Shown piece after piece: positions 17,630 to 27,754 of a stretch of DNA of 64,000 nucleotides. Source of the stretch: an uncultured Gammaproteobacteria bacterium (GTDB lineage Bacteria; Patescibacteriota; Patescibacteriia; UBA9934); NCBI GenBank assembly GCA_964599455.1, contig CAZREA010000003.1, positions 31,026-95,025 on the forward strand, given 5' to 3'. The notes beneath the pieces are model-generated. The model saw nothing but the letters and a program-made list of their open reading frames with translations, did not search any database and was not told where the DNA came from. How positions within the stretch are numbered: position 1 is the first letter of the stretch; each line of letters opens with the position of its first letter. The position numbers and the translations under genes are program-made.

Positions 17630-17652
17630 TCTTGTTTTGAGCGGAATCATGT

Positions 17653-18019
17653 ATGGGAAAAAAAGCCGTGGAAGAAAGAGCTGCAAAGAATAAAATCACC
17701 AAGTGATGGCAAGGAGATCATTTCAAAAGTACCTGAGCAATTAACTGTTGATCAGGAGCTTGCTTTAGCGAACTTAGATCGCTCACTGCCGTACGTCGAT
17801 CTTCATAGGCTGATTCGTGAAGACGTTGGATACGAGATCGATCATCTTATCGCAGAACATCCAGGAGGGGTCATTCGAATTATTTATGGAGTCGGTAAGG
17901 GAATTCTTGCAGAAGAAGTATTGCGATATGTACGTATATTGATGGCGAGAGCGCGCGCTCCGATTGTCGGATACCGTGAAGATCCTGGGCAGGCCAGCTT
18001 GGTTATCAAAGTAAAGTAA
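17653..18019 (+). pseudogene. Smr (small MutS-related) domain gene with a frameshift in an A7 run
   Basis: Not in the ORF track: frame ...LPYVDLHRLIREDV...VIRIIYGVGKGIL...LVIKVK* has no upstream start; removing one A from ATGGGAAAAAAAG gives MGKKPWKKELQRIK in frame. Confidence 0.75.
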
Positions 18020-18053
18020 GAGTTGTCAGAAAGAGGGAATTGGCGTACCGTAT

Positions 18054-18088
18054 TTTCGAATTTCCGATTTCGAACTTTGGATTTTCAA
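18054..18088 (+). repeat. Degenerate 7-bp tandem repeat (5 units)
   Basis: TTTCGAA TTTCCGA TTTCGAA CTTTGGA TTTTCAA. Confidence 0.6.
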
Positions 18089-18091
18089 TCC

Positions 18092-18181
<90 letters not shown>

Positions 18182-18268
18182 CATAAAACTGACCCACGTG
18201 GTCGGTTTTATGTTGATGCATGGTTCTCATTGTGAAAAAAGGATCAGCACAGTATTCTTTCAGAGATT

Positions 18269-18892
18269 ATGAAAAAGACATTTCAGGAGTTTGCTCAAGA
18301 TCTTCTTACACGATTTGTAAAGAATGGAAGAATTGTCATTGCAGTTGATGGTTTTGGTGGATCTGGCAAAAGCACTTTTGCGGAAAAAATGAGCGAGTAC
18401 ATGCCGAATATTGGTAGAGTTTGTATAGATCATTTTTATCAACCCATTTCTCCAGAAGGTGAAAATGAGTTTCATTGGGAGCGTTTTGAGAAGGAAGTTA
18501 TTGATCGACTAAAAAATGGCGAGGAAATATGCTATGCGCCTTATGATTGGAAAGAAAAGAAATTTCACGACGAGATTTTTATTGAAAAAGATCAGTCAGT
18601 AATCATTGAAGGTGTATACGTCTCTCAAGAAAAGTATCGCGAAGTCTACGATGCCATCATTTGGATTTCTACTCCGGATCAGATGCGTTTAGAACGCGGA
18701 ATCAAGCGTGATGGAGAAGTCGTTCGGGCTATGTGGGAAAATGTTTGGCTGCCCTATACGCAGAAATACATGAACGAGCACCGACCAGACGAAGCCGCAG
18801 ATATCATAATCGATGGCGCTGAGTCGGATTTCAACGCGAATGAGATTATTATCAGAGAAATAACGAGCAATAAACCCCTTTTTAACGAGTAA
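18269..18892 (+). CDS. Uridine kinase-like P-loop kinase
   Basis: IAVDGFGGSGKST, IDHFY, YDW, IIEGVY, RGIKRDG. Confidence 0.85.
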   Translation: MKKTFQEFAQDLLTRFVKNGRIVIAVDGFGGSGKSTFAEKMSEYMPNIGRVCIDHFYQPISPEGENEFHWERFEKEVIDRLKNGEEICYAPYDWKEKKFHDEIFIEKDQSVIIEGVYVSQEKYREVYDAIIWISTPDQMRLERGIKRDGEVVRAMWENVWLPYTQKYMNEHRPDEAADIIIDGAESDFNANEIIIREITSNKPLFNE

Positions 18893-18918
18893 CGCACCTC
18901 GTTTTTGGCGAAGTGCGT

Positions 18919-19755
18919 TTAGCGGTGGAGAAGCGCGGACACTTCATCCAAAGATGTAATAACTGAACCTTGCGAGCTCTGCCGAACGAATTCGATTTCC
19001 CATGGAGGAGTGTTTTTGTTCGTCATGAGCGCGATGTGTGCTCCGAGCGCGTAAGGCACTACAAGATCCAGTTCGAAGTTATCGCCGACAACGAGCATCT
19101 CGTCCCATCCTGCTCCATAAAGCCGACGCACCTCGTCGAGTACTTGGAAGTATTGATGGCGACGCAGAAGCACGGGGCGATGAAAACCATGAAGCATTGT
19201 CGATGCGGGCAGCTCGTCAAAGCTCGGATCGATTATCTGTTTTCCGGCATCTCCCCGCAGATTCCCTAAGACGATTTCAAGATGTGCCTGCCTGCCTACG
19301 AATAGACCGGAGAGTCGATGGGCCGCTTTATCCGTCTTGGTGTTCGTGACGACATGCGTCGGGACTCCGAGCTCCGTAAGGTAGCACATTGCTCCGGAAC
19401 GAAACACGGACGTCATAGGGTGATGCTTGGAGAGAAGTCCTCGTAAAAGATCGTGACGTTCGGTGATGGTCGTTCGTGCAGCCGCTTCGTCCAGAATCGC
19501 ATTGGCGATGGGGATGATGCGGAGATAGGGGTCTCCCACCGCGGAGCATACGAGGTTGCCGGCGAATTCCCAGTCGTACCGAGTGGGATGCGTTCGCATG
19601 TCCGCATAAACGAACCGAGCAATGTCTCGAACTCGTTCGAAGGAGAGATCTGTGAGCAGGGCGACGTCGCGGAGATATTGCTCCATGAAATCATTAAGCT
19701 CGACGGCGGGATCGGTTACCGTCCCGTCGAAATCAGAAATAATGACTTTAATCAT
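18919..19755 (-). CDS. HAD-superfamily hydrolase
   Basis: DFDGTV motif I, VVTN, VVGDNFELD; GAGGT SD. Confidence 0.85.
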   Translation of the reverse strand: MIKVIISDFDGTVTDPAVELNDFMEQYLRDVALLTDLSFERVRDIARFVYADMRTHPTRYDWEFAGNLVCSAVGDPYLRIIPIANAILDEAAARTTITERHDLLRGLLSKHHPMTSVFRSGAMCYLTELGVPTHVVTNTKTDKAAHRLSGLFVGRQAHLEIVLGNLRGDAGKQIIDPSFDELPASTMLHGFHRPVLLRRHQYFQVLDEVRRLYGAGWDEMLVVGDNFELDLVVPYALGAHIALMTNKNTPPWEIEFVRQSSQGSVITSLDEVSALLHR

Positions 19756-19866
19756 TTTCTTACCTCGCGGGAGAAGGGTTGTTTAATACATTGAGTAACC
19801 GACTACTCTAATCGAATGTACGATTTTTGTACAGGGGTTGTTTTGTTGTGTCACGATGGTTTCATT

Positions 19867-20292
19867 ATGACAACGATAAACCCCTACATCAATTTCAATG
19901 GAAATGCCGAAGAAGCGTTTACGTTTTACCAATCCGTTTTTGGTGGAGAATTCACGGGCATTACTCGTTTCAAGGATATCGCCAGCGCCGAGTTCCCCGT
20001 GCCTGAACATGAGGCACATAAAATCATGCGCATTGCGCTGCCTATCGGCAACAATGTCTTGATTGCCAATGACGTCCCCGAAGCAATGGGTCGCGTAAGC
20101 GAAAATGAAAATAGATCGAAGATCGCCATTACGACAGAAAGTAAAGAAGAAGCAGACAGGATTTTCAACGGACTTTCAGCGGGCGGAACCGTTGAAATGC
20201 CCATGGCGGAAAGTCCCTGGGGCACCTCCTTTGCAATGTTTCGGGACAAGTACGGTATTGAATGGACCGTGGAATTTGATTCGAAAAGATAA
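19867..20292 (+). CDS. VOC/PhnB-family protein
   Basis: INPYINFNGNAEEAFTFYQSVFG, PWG..F..FRDKYGIEW. Confidence 0.92.
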   Translation: MTTINPYINFNGNAEEAFTFYQSVFGGEFTGITRFKDIASAEFPVPEHEAHKIMRIALPIGNNVLIANDVPEAMGRVSENENRSKIAITTESKEEADRIFNGLSAGGTVEMPMAESPWGTSFAMFRDKYGIEWTVEFDSKR

Positions 20293-20328
20293 CCGCATAT
20301 TCTTCACAGCAACGATGAAAGGATAGAT

Positions 20329-20362
20329 CCACATAAAACCGACCACGTGGTCGGTTTTGTGT
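20329..20362 (+). repeat. Direct repeat of the tRNA-Ser 3' end and its terminator
   Basis: CCACATAAAACCGACCACGTGGTCGGTTTTGTGT vs CCACATAAAACTGACCCACGTGGTCGGTTTTATGT at 18179-18213. Confidence 0.8.
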
Positions 20363-20394
20363 ATCTCTCGATTCTGCTAACATAGCTCTATTCT

Positions 20395-20970
20395 ATGCAA
20401 AAAGAAGTGCAATCACTGGATGAGTTGTTTGCTCAAGTAGAGTCTAAGAGTGATGGGAAGATCATTTGGTTTGGTATTACAGGAAGTTGGAGAAAGACAA
20501 ATGAAGAAGTTGAACAGGCAGTGAGAGAATCTGTGCGGAAGATTTATGATCGTGGTGCGGGAATCGTTTCGGGTGGAGCCTTGTCTGTCGACTTTTTTGC
20601 AACAGACGAGGCGCTGCTCCTTGATCCAATCGCTACACGCATAAAGATTTTTCTTCCTGTCACGCTGGAGCGATACGCTGTGCATTACCGCAAGCGTGCA
20701 CAGGAGGGGGTGATAACCTCAGCGCAAGCCGAGGCGCTCATCGGACAACTCCAAGAGGTGCAAAAACGTAATCCACTCGCTCTTGTTGAAAACACCACCA
20801 ACACCTCTGTAGACCGGACGACATATTTTGAACGAAATACTGCGGTCGTACATGCTTCGGATGCCCTCCTCGGCTTTCAGGTTAACGAAAGTGAAGGTGC
20901 GGGCGATACGATTAATAAGGCTATCGCTCAAGGAAAGCCGGTCTTTGTGAGGAAATACAATATTGATTAG
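20395..20970 (+). CDS. SLOG-superfamily (DprA/Smf-like) nucleotide-binding protein
   Basis: GITGSWR, IVSGGALSVD, YFERNTAVV..SD, GAGDTI..A...GKPV. Confidence 0.75.
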   Translation: MQKEVQSLDELFAQVESKSDGKIIWFGITGSWRKTNEEVEQAVRESVRKIYDRGAGIVSGGALSVDFFATDEALLLDPIATRIKIFLPVTLERYAVHYRKRAQEGVITSAQAEALIGQLQEVQKRNPLALVENTTNTSVDRTTYFERNTAVVHASDALLGFQVNESEGAGDTINKAIAQGKPVFVRKYNID

Positions 20971-21100
20971 CTGATCTACACGCTTCAAAATCGTTTTTCG
21001 GTTAAGGAACCTTCAAAATAAAAAGAATTGCTCAAGCACAATAGACAGCAAAGATTCGCGCGTGCTAGTCTCTTAAAAGACTATTCTTTCACTACAAGAT

Positions 21101-22282
21101 ATGCTGAGATTTCTCGGTTCACAGGTGCGTGGGATGTTTTTGGCAATGGTGATTATTGGGGGATGTTTTCTGGCGTCATTTGCCTATGCGAGTTTTCCGA
21201 GTCCTCGTGGTATGACGATACCTCGATTGACGGTGTCTTCATCAATCATGATGCCGATTGACGATATCGTTCTCGGTTCATCCTCTCTTGTTGATGTGGG
21301 CGCATTCGTCTTTACGAGCGGAAGTCCACTGACGGTGAGAACGTTGACATTTGTGAATTGTATTGTCGAAACCACCGATACCGATGGCGATTGTGCCGAT
21401 GCCGGAGAAACACCAGGGTCAGATGCGGCTATTACCGGTTTACGGTTGGTGTATACAAGAAGTGACGGCGCCCACGTTACCGCTTCGGTAGGTCTCATTG
21501 ACGGCGTCGCGTACTTCACCGGTCTTGATATGTCCGTGAGTCCCTATGCCACCACGGCCACACTTCTTGTTGATACCGATGCTGTTTCTGCAACGGGAAG
21601 TAGTTCGGGCGATCAATTTCAGCTGAATCTCGTTGCTGATTCAACTCATGCATTTTCTGCATACAGCAGTGTAACGGGGAAAAGTATGACCGAATCTGAT
21701 CTTCGTTTTTATATTCCAGGAGCCACTATGACGTTGCGGGAAACACAGCCGACTTTTTCCCTCTCGGCCTCGAGCCCTTCGGGTCTTGCGGTACCAGGCT
21801 TTGCCGAGGTTTTGCGTTTTAGCGTTGCGGCCGATCCTCATGGCGATGTGGGTTTGCACTCGCTACTTTTTAAAGTAACTGCCATCGGTAGTGAGTGGAA
21901 TACGTGCGCCGCCTTTGCAGATGAGGATGCATGGGATTTATATGAATATGCCGATACGTTCTCTCTGGTTGAGGATATCGCTTTTTATAACGAAGACGGC
22001 ACGCGATGTTCTGCTGATCCATCGGCTGTGCTTGGCTATGTAAAAATAACGTTGATTGATGACCTATTTCTTCTCGCTGGAGAAAGAACAATCTTCTCTC
22101 TCGATGCTGATACAAGTTCTGCCGCAGTTGATGACATGTTGCGGATTGATATCGCCAAACAAGAGCAGGCCGAAGAAATTGGTTTACGGACATCGGTCGC
22201 ATGGACGGATGACGATGTTTTGGTAAATGACGCTTCGCATTTGCCGGGGCTTACACTCAGAGGAAAAACGCTTTTTTATTGA
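21101..22282 (+). CDS. Secreted beta-rich surface protein
   Basis: Signal-like N-terminus ending AYA; Ser/Thr/Asp-rich Ig-like character. Confidence 0.75.
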   Translation: MLRFLGSQVRGMFLAMVIIGGCFLASFAYASFPSPRGMTIPRLTVSSSIMMPIDDIVLGSSSLVDVGAFVFTSGSPLTVRTLTFVNCIVETTDTDGDCADAGETPGSDAAITGLRLVYTRSDGAHVTASVGLIDGVAYFTGLDMSVSPYATTATLLVDTDAVSATGSSSGDQFQLNLVADSTHAFSAYSSVTGKSMTESDLRFYIPGATMTLRETQPTFSLSASSPSGLAVPGFAEVLRFSVAADPHGDVGLHSLLFKVTAIGSEWNTCAAFADEDAWDLYEYADTFSLVEDIAFYNEDGTRCSADPSAVLGYVKITLIDDLFLLAGERTIFSLDADTSSAAVDDMLRIDIAKQEQAEEIGLRTSVAWTDDDVLVNDASHLPGLTLRGKTLFY

Positions 22283-22295
22283 CGTTGGAGAGATT

Positions 22296-22616
22296 ATGAA
22301 AGAATTCAAAGAAACAGTAAGTTTTGATCGCTGGATACTAAAAGATGATCAGCACATGACACTCGAATCCCCTATGGCGACTATTGGTTCGGGGCATATT
22401 GAAAGCTATGTAGCAGATCCGGAACATGTTTTTGAAGGCTTGGGTATTCCGATAAAAGATGATTTGCCCGATGAAGTGATTCGGGCCTTTCACGCCTGTG
22501 AGCAAAGGGGAGAAAAAGTACATGTACAGGTTGTAGACCGAAATACGAAGTATGATTTTGTCCTTACTCATCGGCAAGAGCATCCGCGTTATCCGTGGCG
22601 ATTGATAAAAGAATAA
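22296..22616 (+). CDS. Hypothetical protein
   Basis: ORF from MKEFKETV with GGAG upstream, co-oriented in a gene run. Confidence 0.6.
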   Translation: MKEFKETVSFDRWILKDDQHMTLESPMATIGSGHIESYVADPEHVFEGLGIPIKDDLPDEVIRAFHACEQRGEKVHVQVVDRNTKYDFVLTHRQEHPRYPWRLIKE

Positions 22617-23272
22617 ATGTGCATTCATCAACGATAGATCATTTCGCCAAAATTATTTGGAATTATCATCATCTGCATCACCAGCTGAAGAAAGCTGATT
22701 GCATGTTTGTTTTAGGAAGTCGAGATACACGAGTCGCGGAATATGCAGCAGATCTCTTTTTGCAAGGCTATGCTCCATATATTATTTTTGCTGGCGGAAC
22801 GGGAAAAGTGACAACGGGCATCTTTCATAAACCAGAAGCAGAAATCTTTGCCGATATCGCTATCGCACGTGGTGTTCCGAAAGAAAAGATTATCATCGAA
22901 AATCAATCGACCAATACCGGTGACAATGTACTTTTTACCAAAAAGATTTTCGAGGATCGTGGATTGGATTTTCAATCATTCATTCTGGTACAAAAACCGT
23001 ATATGGAACGCCGAACATATGCGGTTTTCAAAAAGCTTTGGCCAGAGAAGGAATGTATTGTTACATCGCCTCCAATGTCATATGAAGACTATCCCAATGT
23101 CGATATCTCCAGGGAACAGATGATCAATATCATGGTCGGTGACTTACAACGCATAAAGATCTATCCCGAACGCGGATTTCAAATCGTGCAGGAGATTCCG
23201 GATGAGGTTTGGGATGCGTATGAAAAACTTGTCGAAGCAGGATTTACGAAGTATTTTCTCAAAGAAGAATAA
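22595..23272 (+). CDS. YdcF/DUF218 family protein
   Basis: VLGSRD, EAEIFA, ENQSTNTGDN, VQKPYMERR. Confidence 0.9.
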   Translation: MAIDKRINVHSSTIDHFAKIIWNYHHLHHQLKKADCMFVLGSRDTRVAEYAADLFLQGYAPYIIFAGGTGKVTTGIFHKPEAEIFADIAIARGVPKEKIIIENQSTNTGDNVLFTKKIFEDRGLDFQSFILVQKPYMERRTYAVFKKLWPEKECIVTSPPMSYEDYPNVDISREQMINIMVGDLQRIKIYPERGFQIVQEIPDEVWDAYEKLVEAGFTKYFLKEE

Positions 23273-23290
23273 GAGGAATCCGCCCCACCT

Positions 23291-23989
23291 ATGAAAAACC
23301 GAGAACAACGAATTGAAGAGCCTATCGAGTCACGCTGGGCCACACGCAGAACGCGAAATCTTGAGTATCTCATGCGACAAAGCAGCAAGTTGCGCTATCA
23401 AGAAACTGCAAAACTCTTGGCAGATGAACAGGTGGGCAGTCACGAAGAAGACGATTGGGAAAAGCTTTTTCAGATGTATCAATCTCTTCGTGAAAATCCC
23501 AGCATCATACCATTTCTCCGTGAGGCATCGATAGATGCGCTCGCACGAAAACTGGAGATCATTTTTCTTGCTGATGCATCTCGGTTTCATCTGCTGCGAT
23601 CACGTTTCTCGGTGGAGCAATATGAGCAAGAATGGAACACCTTTTTTGTCATCATGAAAAAGCGCATGAGCGATCTGCTTATTGATTTGGCGCGTGGAGG
23701 TTTGCTTTTTGAAGGTTTAGATCTTAGACGTATGCAACTGTACGATCTCCCGGAATTCGCTTCCTGCAAAGAGGCCGATATGCGAGAAGCGACTATTGGT
23801 GGACACCTCAAGAATATTGAATGGCAAGGCGCAGATCTTCGCGGCGCCACCTTTTCCTCGGCACTGTTTGTTAGCTGGCAGTACTTTCAAGGTGCAAATC
23901 TGGAAGGAACAACATTCGTGAACTGCAAAGGTTTGTATTTCAATCCCGAAGGTTTGCCCGATTGGGCGCGGGCGCAGATTGAAGGATAA
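23291..23989 (+). CDS. Protein with C-terminal pentapeptide repeats
   Basis: ADMRE, ADLRG ATFSS, ANLEG TTFVN. Confidence 0.75.
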   Translation: MKNREQRIEEPIESRWATRRTRNLEYLMRQSSKLRYQETAKLLADEQVGSHEEDDWEKLFQMYQSLRENPSIIPFLREASIDALARKLEIIFLADASRFHLLRSRFSVEQYEQEWNTFFVIMKKRMSDLLIDLARGGLLFEGLDLRRMQLYDLPEFASCKEADMREATIGGHLKNIEWQGADLRGATFSSALFVSWQYFQGANLEGTTFVNCKGLYFNPEGLPDWARAQIEG

Positions 23990-23995
23990 TTCCCT

Positions 23996-24745
23996 ATGCA
24001 GAACATGTTGATCTCGAACTGCAAAAATCTTCTCGATGCCTACAAGAATGGTCTCTTGGGAAATTGTCGGATGCCCGAAGATTCCAGCCCGGATTTCAGC
24101 GAAGAAGAAAAAGAAATTCGTTTGGCATATTTTACGCTGCCGATGAGTCTCAATTATCAGCGTGATAGTTATAAGTTGTGGGAAGCAGCGCTGAAAACAT
24201 ATAACGATCCCGATACAAATGATGTTTTCTCGGTCAGTGCATCGGCAACGATGTCGATTGATGAACTGCGCAGAAAGCTTATGAAGTACAAGGTCGCATT
24301 GCAACCAAATAAACATATTCAAACCTGGAGAAAGATTTCTGAAACCATCTATCAGCAGTGGGGAACAATCGGATCGATGATGAAAACTGCTAATCAGGAT
24401 TTTCTTCAAATTCGCGATATCGTGCAGCAGAAGCGCAAAAAAGGTTTTCCCTATCTTTCCGGACCAAAGATTTTCAATTATTGGAGTTTCATTATCAGCT
24501 CTTACGGCGGATCTACACTGATGAATCGCCAATGGATTGATATTGCCCCGGACACGCACATCACTAAATGCTCCGTGATTCTCGGTGTGATTACCCAAGA
24601 CGAGGCGGATAAATGGTCTCGAGAAAAAATTTCCGAACGTTGGCGAAATCTCCTTGATGGATCCGGTATTGATCCAATCGATATGCATCCACCTTTGTGG
24701 TTTTGGAGTAGGAATAACTTTATCTACGAATTACCGAAGCGATAG
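23996..24745 (+). CDS. HhH-GPD-like (DNA glycosylase fold) hypothetical protein
   Basis: FPYLSGPKIFNYW hairpin-like motif, IAPDTHI, LWFWSR. Confidence 0.65.
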   Translation: MQNMLISNCKNLLDAYKNGLLGNCRMPEDSSPDFSEEEKEIRLAYFTLPMSLNYQRDSYKLWEAALKTYNDPDTNDVFSVSASATMSIDELRRKLMKYKVALQPNKHIQTWRKISETIYQQWGTIGSMMKTANQDFLQIRDIVQQKRKKGFPYLSGPKIFNYWSFIISSYGGSTLMNRQWIDIAPDTHITKCSVILGVITQDEADKWSREKISERWRNLLDGSGIDPIDMHPPLWFWSRNNFIYELPKR

Positions 24746-24836
24746 GATGGTCCGGGTGCACGTATTTAGGAAAAGAGCTTCTTTAAAAAGAAAGCCGTAC
24801 AGGTTTTGAAGCTGTGCGGCCTAGGGATGCTGTGCG

Positions 24837-25544
24837 TCATGAGCGCACTTCGCGAAGAAAGTGCGCAATAGCTGACGCGAGTTGTTTGCCGAGTGTTTCC
24901 GCACCTCGTGCGCGAAAGCGTGGTGCGATCTCGATTTGCATGCAGTTGATCTCGTGCGCTGCTGCATGCCAGCGAATGGTATGGCCGCCATCGAACCAGT
25001 CGCCCGTTGCTCGGATCGGATTCCTTGCAGGAAGGAAGATCGTATAACCTTTGCTCGTCATGAAGTCCGCGAACGCTTGGTCAGGCTGACCGTGCAGGAT
25101 GGTCGTGCCATTTCCTGTTCCGAGGATCAGGTCATAGCCTCCCGCTGGCGCATAGGGCGGTTGTTCGCCGAAGCCGTGTATGTCGAGAAGCAAGAGCTCT
25201 TCAGCAGGAAAGGATTCCCTCATTCCCTCCACACACGAGCAAATGCTGTGGTGATAGTGGTCGTAGTCAGCGGACATGGACGCCTCTTCATACGCCTCTT
25301 CGCGACCACGATTGTAGTCAACGAAAGTACGAGGCAGGAGACCGCGCACGCTGTTCACCGGCACTTCGCGCGCGATGTCTTGGGCAATTGGCCAGGTGCG
25401 CATATCGCGGACCGTGACTCCCTGCTGTCGCGAAGGAAGGCTGGCAGGGAAGTGGCTCCGCGGCAGTCCATCATGAGGAACGGTAAGAAGGTACGGGGAG
25501 ATTGTGCTTGTCACGAAAGTGCACTGGTCAAGATCAAAATTCAT
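24837..25544 (-). CDS. N-formylglutamate amidohydrolase-like protein
   Basis: TVPHDG, VDYNR, LLLDIHG, DLILGT, MQIEI; AGGAGG SD before MNFDL. Confidence 0.85.
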   Translation of the reverse strand: MNFDLDQCTFVTSTISPYLLTVPHDGLPRSHFPASLPSRQQGVTVRDMRTWPIAQDIAREVPVNSVRGLLPRTFVDYNRGREEAYEEASMSADYDHYHHSICSCVEGMRESFPAEELLLLDIHGFGEQPPYAPAGGYDLILGTGNGTTILHGQPDQAFADFMTSKGYTIFLPARNPIRATGDWFDGGHTIRWHAAAHEINCMQIEIAPRFRARGAETLGKQLASAIAHFLREVRS

Positions 25545-25683
25545 GATAAGCCTCCTGAGAAATGAGAAGAGGAGCAAAACCAGGAAGCGACCTTAGCAAA
25601 TAGCCGCTCTTTTCTCAAGAAAAAAGGTTTTTATGGTACCATTTTCAAAGTTTCCGTTTTATGAAGCGTGATGGTAGGTCTTT

Positions 25684-26637
25684 ATGAAAAGCGATGGACA
25701 ACTCCGAGATATAAAATCTTCTCCTCATCAAAGAGACATGAGAGGACAAGACGTTGAGACACTTCGTGTGCAGTGTTCATGGCAACAAATGCAAGCGTTA
25801 ATTGATGCTTTTCCCTCACGAATCGCGTTCGATACTGATGCCCGAAAACAGGGGCTGGTACTTGCCCGAGTTGCCGATGCAGGACCAGAAACGAATCGTC
25901 AGGTAGCCACGGAGATTCGTTTGTTTTTAAGCCAATGGTTTGAGGAAGAAGAGAACGATCGCGAAGAGGATTATGTGACGGCTATTGAGCAGGAGCTGGG
26001 AGATTTCTTTGTGATACGAAATGCAGAAAGACAGATAGTGGCACTCATGAATGCCCAGTTCGCTCCTCTTAATGAACGTGCAGAATCAGGTGGTGAACTT
26101 ATTATTTGGTATGTGGTAACCGATAAAGCGTATCGAGGTAAAGGCTTAGCAACAGAGCTCTATCGTACGGCATACGAAACCGCTTTAGCCCAAGCTCGGG
26201 ATCAACAGCGAGAGATTGTTGCCATTGTCGGCGAGACCGAGGCAACGGCTGAACGATTTTTTAATAGCATGGGCAGGAAGCGGCTTTATTATGAAGACGA
26301 AGAGGGCGTTATGCATGAGTTGCCGTATGTTGTCCCGCCTTCTCAAGCCGACGAACAGGAGGTTGTCGAGCATTTCATGGTTCGTTTTCTTGATGATCGA
26401 ATTGTCGCATCAGTCGCTGAAGTAACGCGTCTGCTCGAGGGTATTTTTGCGCAATATCAGCATCCGGCGTATATGCACGATTTTTCATCAGAGCGAAAAG
26501 AGCAGCAACTCCAACTTATCACTCGAACGTTTGATCGAATGTGTGAGGCGATTGCTTCTGCGCAAGAGGGAACGCTCTATCTCTACAGTGCGCAAGAAAG
26601 GACGCAGAAGATGGCCGAAGGAAAAATATTTATATAA
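25684..26637 (+). CDS. GNAT-family acetyltransferase domain protein
   Basis: WYVVTDKAYRGKGLATELY acetyl-CoA binding motif. Confidence 0.8.
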   Translation: MKSDGQLRDIKSSPHQRDMRGQDVETLRVQCSWQQMQALIDAFPSRIAFDTDARKQGLVLARVADAGPETNRQVATEIRLFLSQWFEEEENDREEDYVTAIEQELGDFFVIRNAERQIVALMNAQFAPLNERAESGGELIIWYVVTDKAYRGKGLATELYRTAYETALAQARDQQREIVAIVGETEATAERFFNSMGRKRLYYEDEEGVMHELPYVVPPSQADEQEVVEHFMVRFLDDRIVASVAEVTRLLEGIFAQYQHPAYMHDFSSERKEQQLQLITRTFDRMCEAIASAQEGTLYLYSAQERTQKMAEGKIFI

Positions 26638-26650
26638 TTTACATTTTTTT

Positions 26651-27178
26651 ATGATTCCCGCAAAAGAAATCTCCATCCCCGTCAGTAAAAACAAGGTTAC
26701 GCTCATGCTTTTGGGCTCTCTGATATTCTGTGGCATTGGTGCAGGCATGATAGAGAATCCTCAAGAGTTTTTACTCATCTCCGAGGTTTTTACAAAACTC
26801 ATAGGACTTCTGATTTTCAGCTTCTTTGCTATGTGTGGTTTGTACGCAACCATGAAGCTCTTTGATAAAAAACCGGGATTGATTTTTGATGAGAAAGGCA
26901 TGACCGACAACTCCAGTGCTGTGAGCGCCGGTTTTGTTGCCTGGGAGGATATCGAGGATGTTGTTGTGTCTAATGTTGTCGGACAAAAGATACTCACTGT
27001 TCTTTTAAAAGATCCCGAAGTATTTTTAGCGAAACAGACGGGCATTAAGCATAAGATCATGACGACCAATTACAAACGGTATCGCTCACCCGTGCAATTA
27101 TCAGCAAATACACTCAAGTGTACGAGTAATGATCTGCAAAGAATGATGCATGAGTATATTGCTGCACATCGGAAGTAA
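26651..27178 (+). CDS. Membrane protein, STM3941-like
   Basis: 2 TM, KPGLIFDEKGMTDNSSAVSAGFVAWEDI, SPVQLSANTL. Confidence 0.75.
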   Translation: MIPAKEISIPVSKNKVTLMLLGSLIFCGIGAGMIENPQEFLLISEVFTKLIGLLIFSFFAMCGLYATMKLFDKKPGLIFDEKGMTDNSSAVSAGFVAWEDIEDVVVSNVVGQKILTVLLKDPEVFLAKQTGIKHKIMTTNYKRYRSPVQLSANTLKCTSNDLQRMMHEYIAAHRK

Positions 27179-27187
27179 AGAATATTC

Positions 27188-27748
27188 ATGGAAATGATTG
27201 AGAAACAGATTCGTTTAGGCGAGCAAAAAGTTTCGTATCTGTTAAAACGCAGCAAGTGCGCTCGTCGTTTGCGCGTCGCCGTTACCCGTGATGCGCAATT
27301 AACAATGACGATTCCGTATTACATGCCTCGTAAACTTGCCGAGCAGTTTTTGCAGCAAAAAGCGACGTGGATTTTGCAACATCTTGCCGAAGCGCAACGG
27401 CTTGTGTCGAAAGAACCAAAAAAGGACACACGAAAAGACTTTTTGGAGAAAAAGAAAAGAGCGTTCGATTTTGTCACGCACCGTATCGTCGAGCTGAATA
27501 AGTTGTACGGCTTTTCTTTTGCAAAAGTTTCGATACGCAATCAAAAAACGCGTTGGGGAAGCTGCTCTCGTCGCGGCAATTTGAGTTTTAATTACAAAAT
27601 CATTGATCTTCCCGATGTTGTTGCTGATTATTTGATCGTACATGAGCTCTGTCATCTAAAAGAGATGAATCATTCGGTAAGATTTTGGAAACTCGTTTCC
27701 ATTGTTGTGCCAGATTACAAACAGATGAGAAAAAAGCTCAAATTTTAG
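27188..27748 (+). CDS. YgjP/DUF45 (M48-like) metal-dependent hydrolase
   Basis: QKTRWGSCS, YLIVHELCHLKEMNHSVRFW. Confidence 0.92.
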   Translation: MEMIEKQIRLGEQKVSYLLKRSKCARRLRVAVTRDAQLTMTIPYYMPRKLAEQFLQQKATWILQHLAEAQRLVSKEPKKDTRKDFLEKKKRAFDFVTHRIVELNKLYGFSFAKVSIRNQKTRWGSCSRRGNLSFNYKIIDLPDVVADYLIVHELCHLKEMNHSVRFWKLVSIVVPDYKQMRKKLKF

Positions 27749-27754
27749 TATACT

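Noticed and set aside
23717-24688. 323-aa minus-strand ORF
   Set aside because: Overlaps two plausible plus-strand genes; no motifs.
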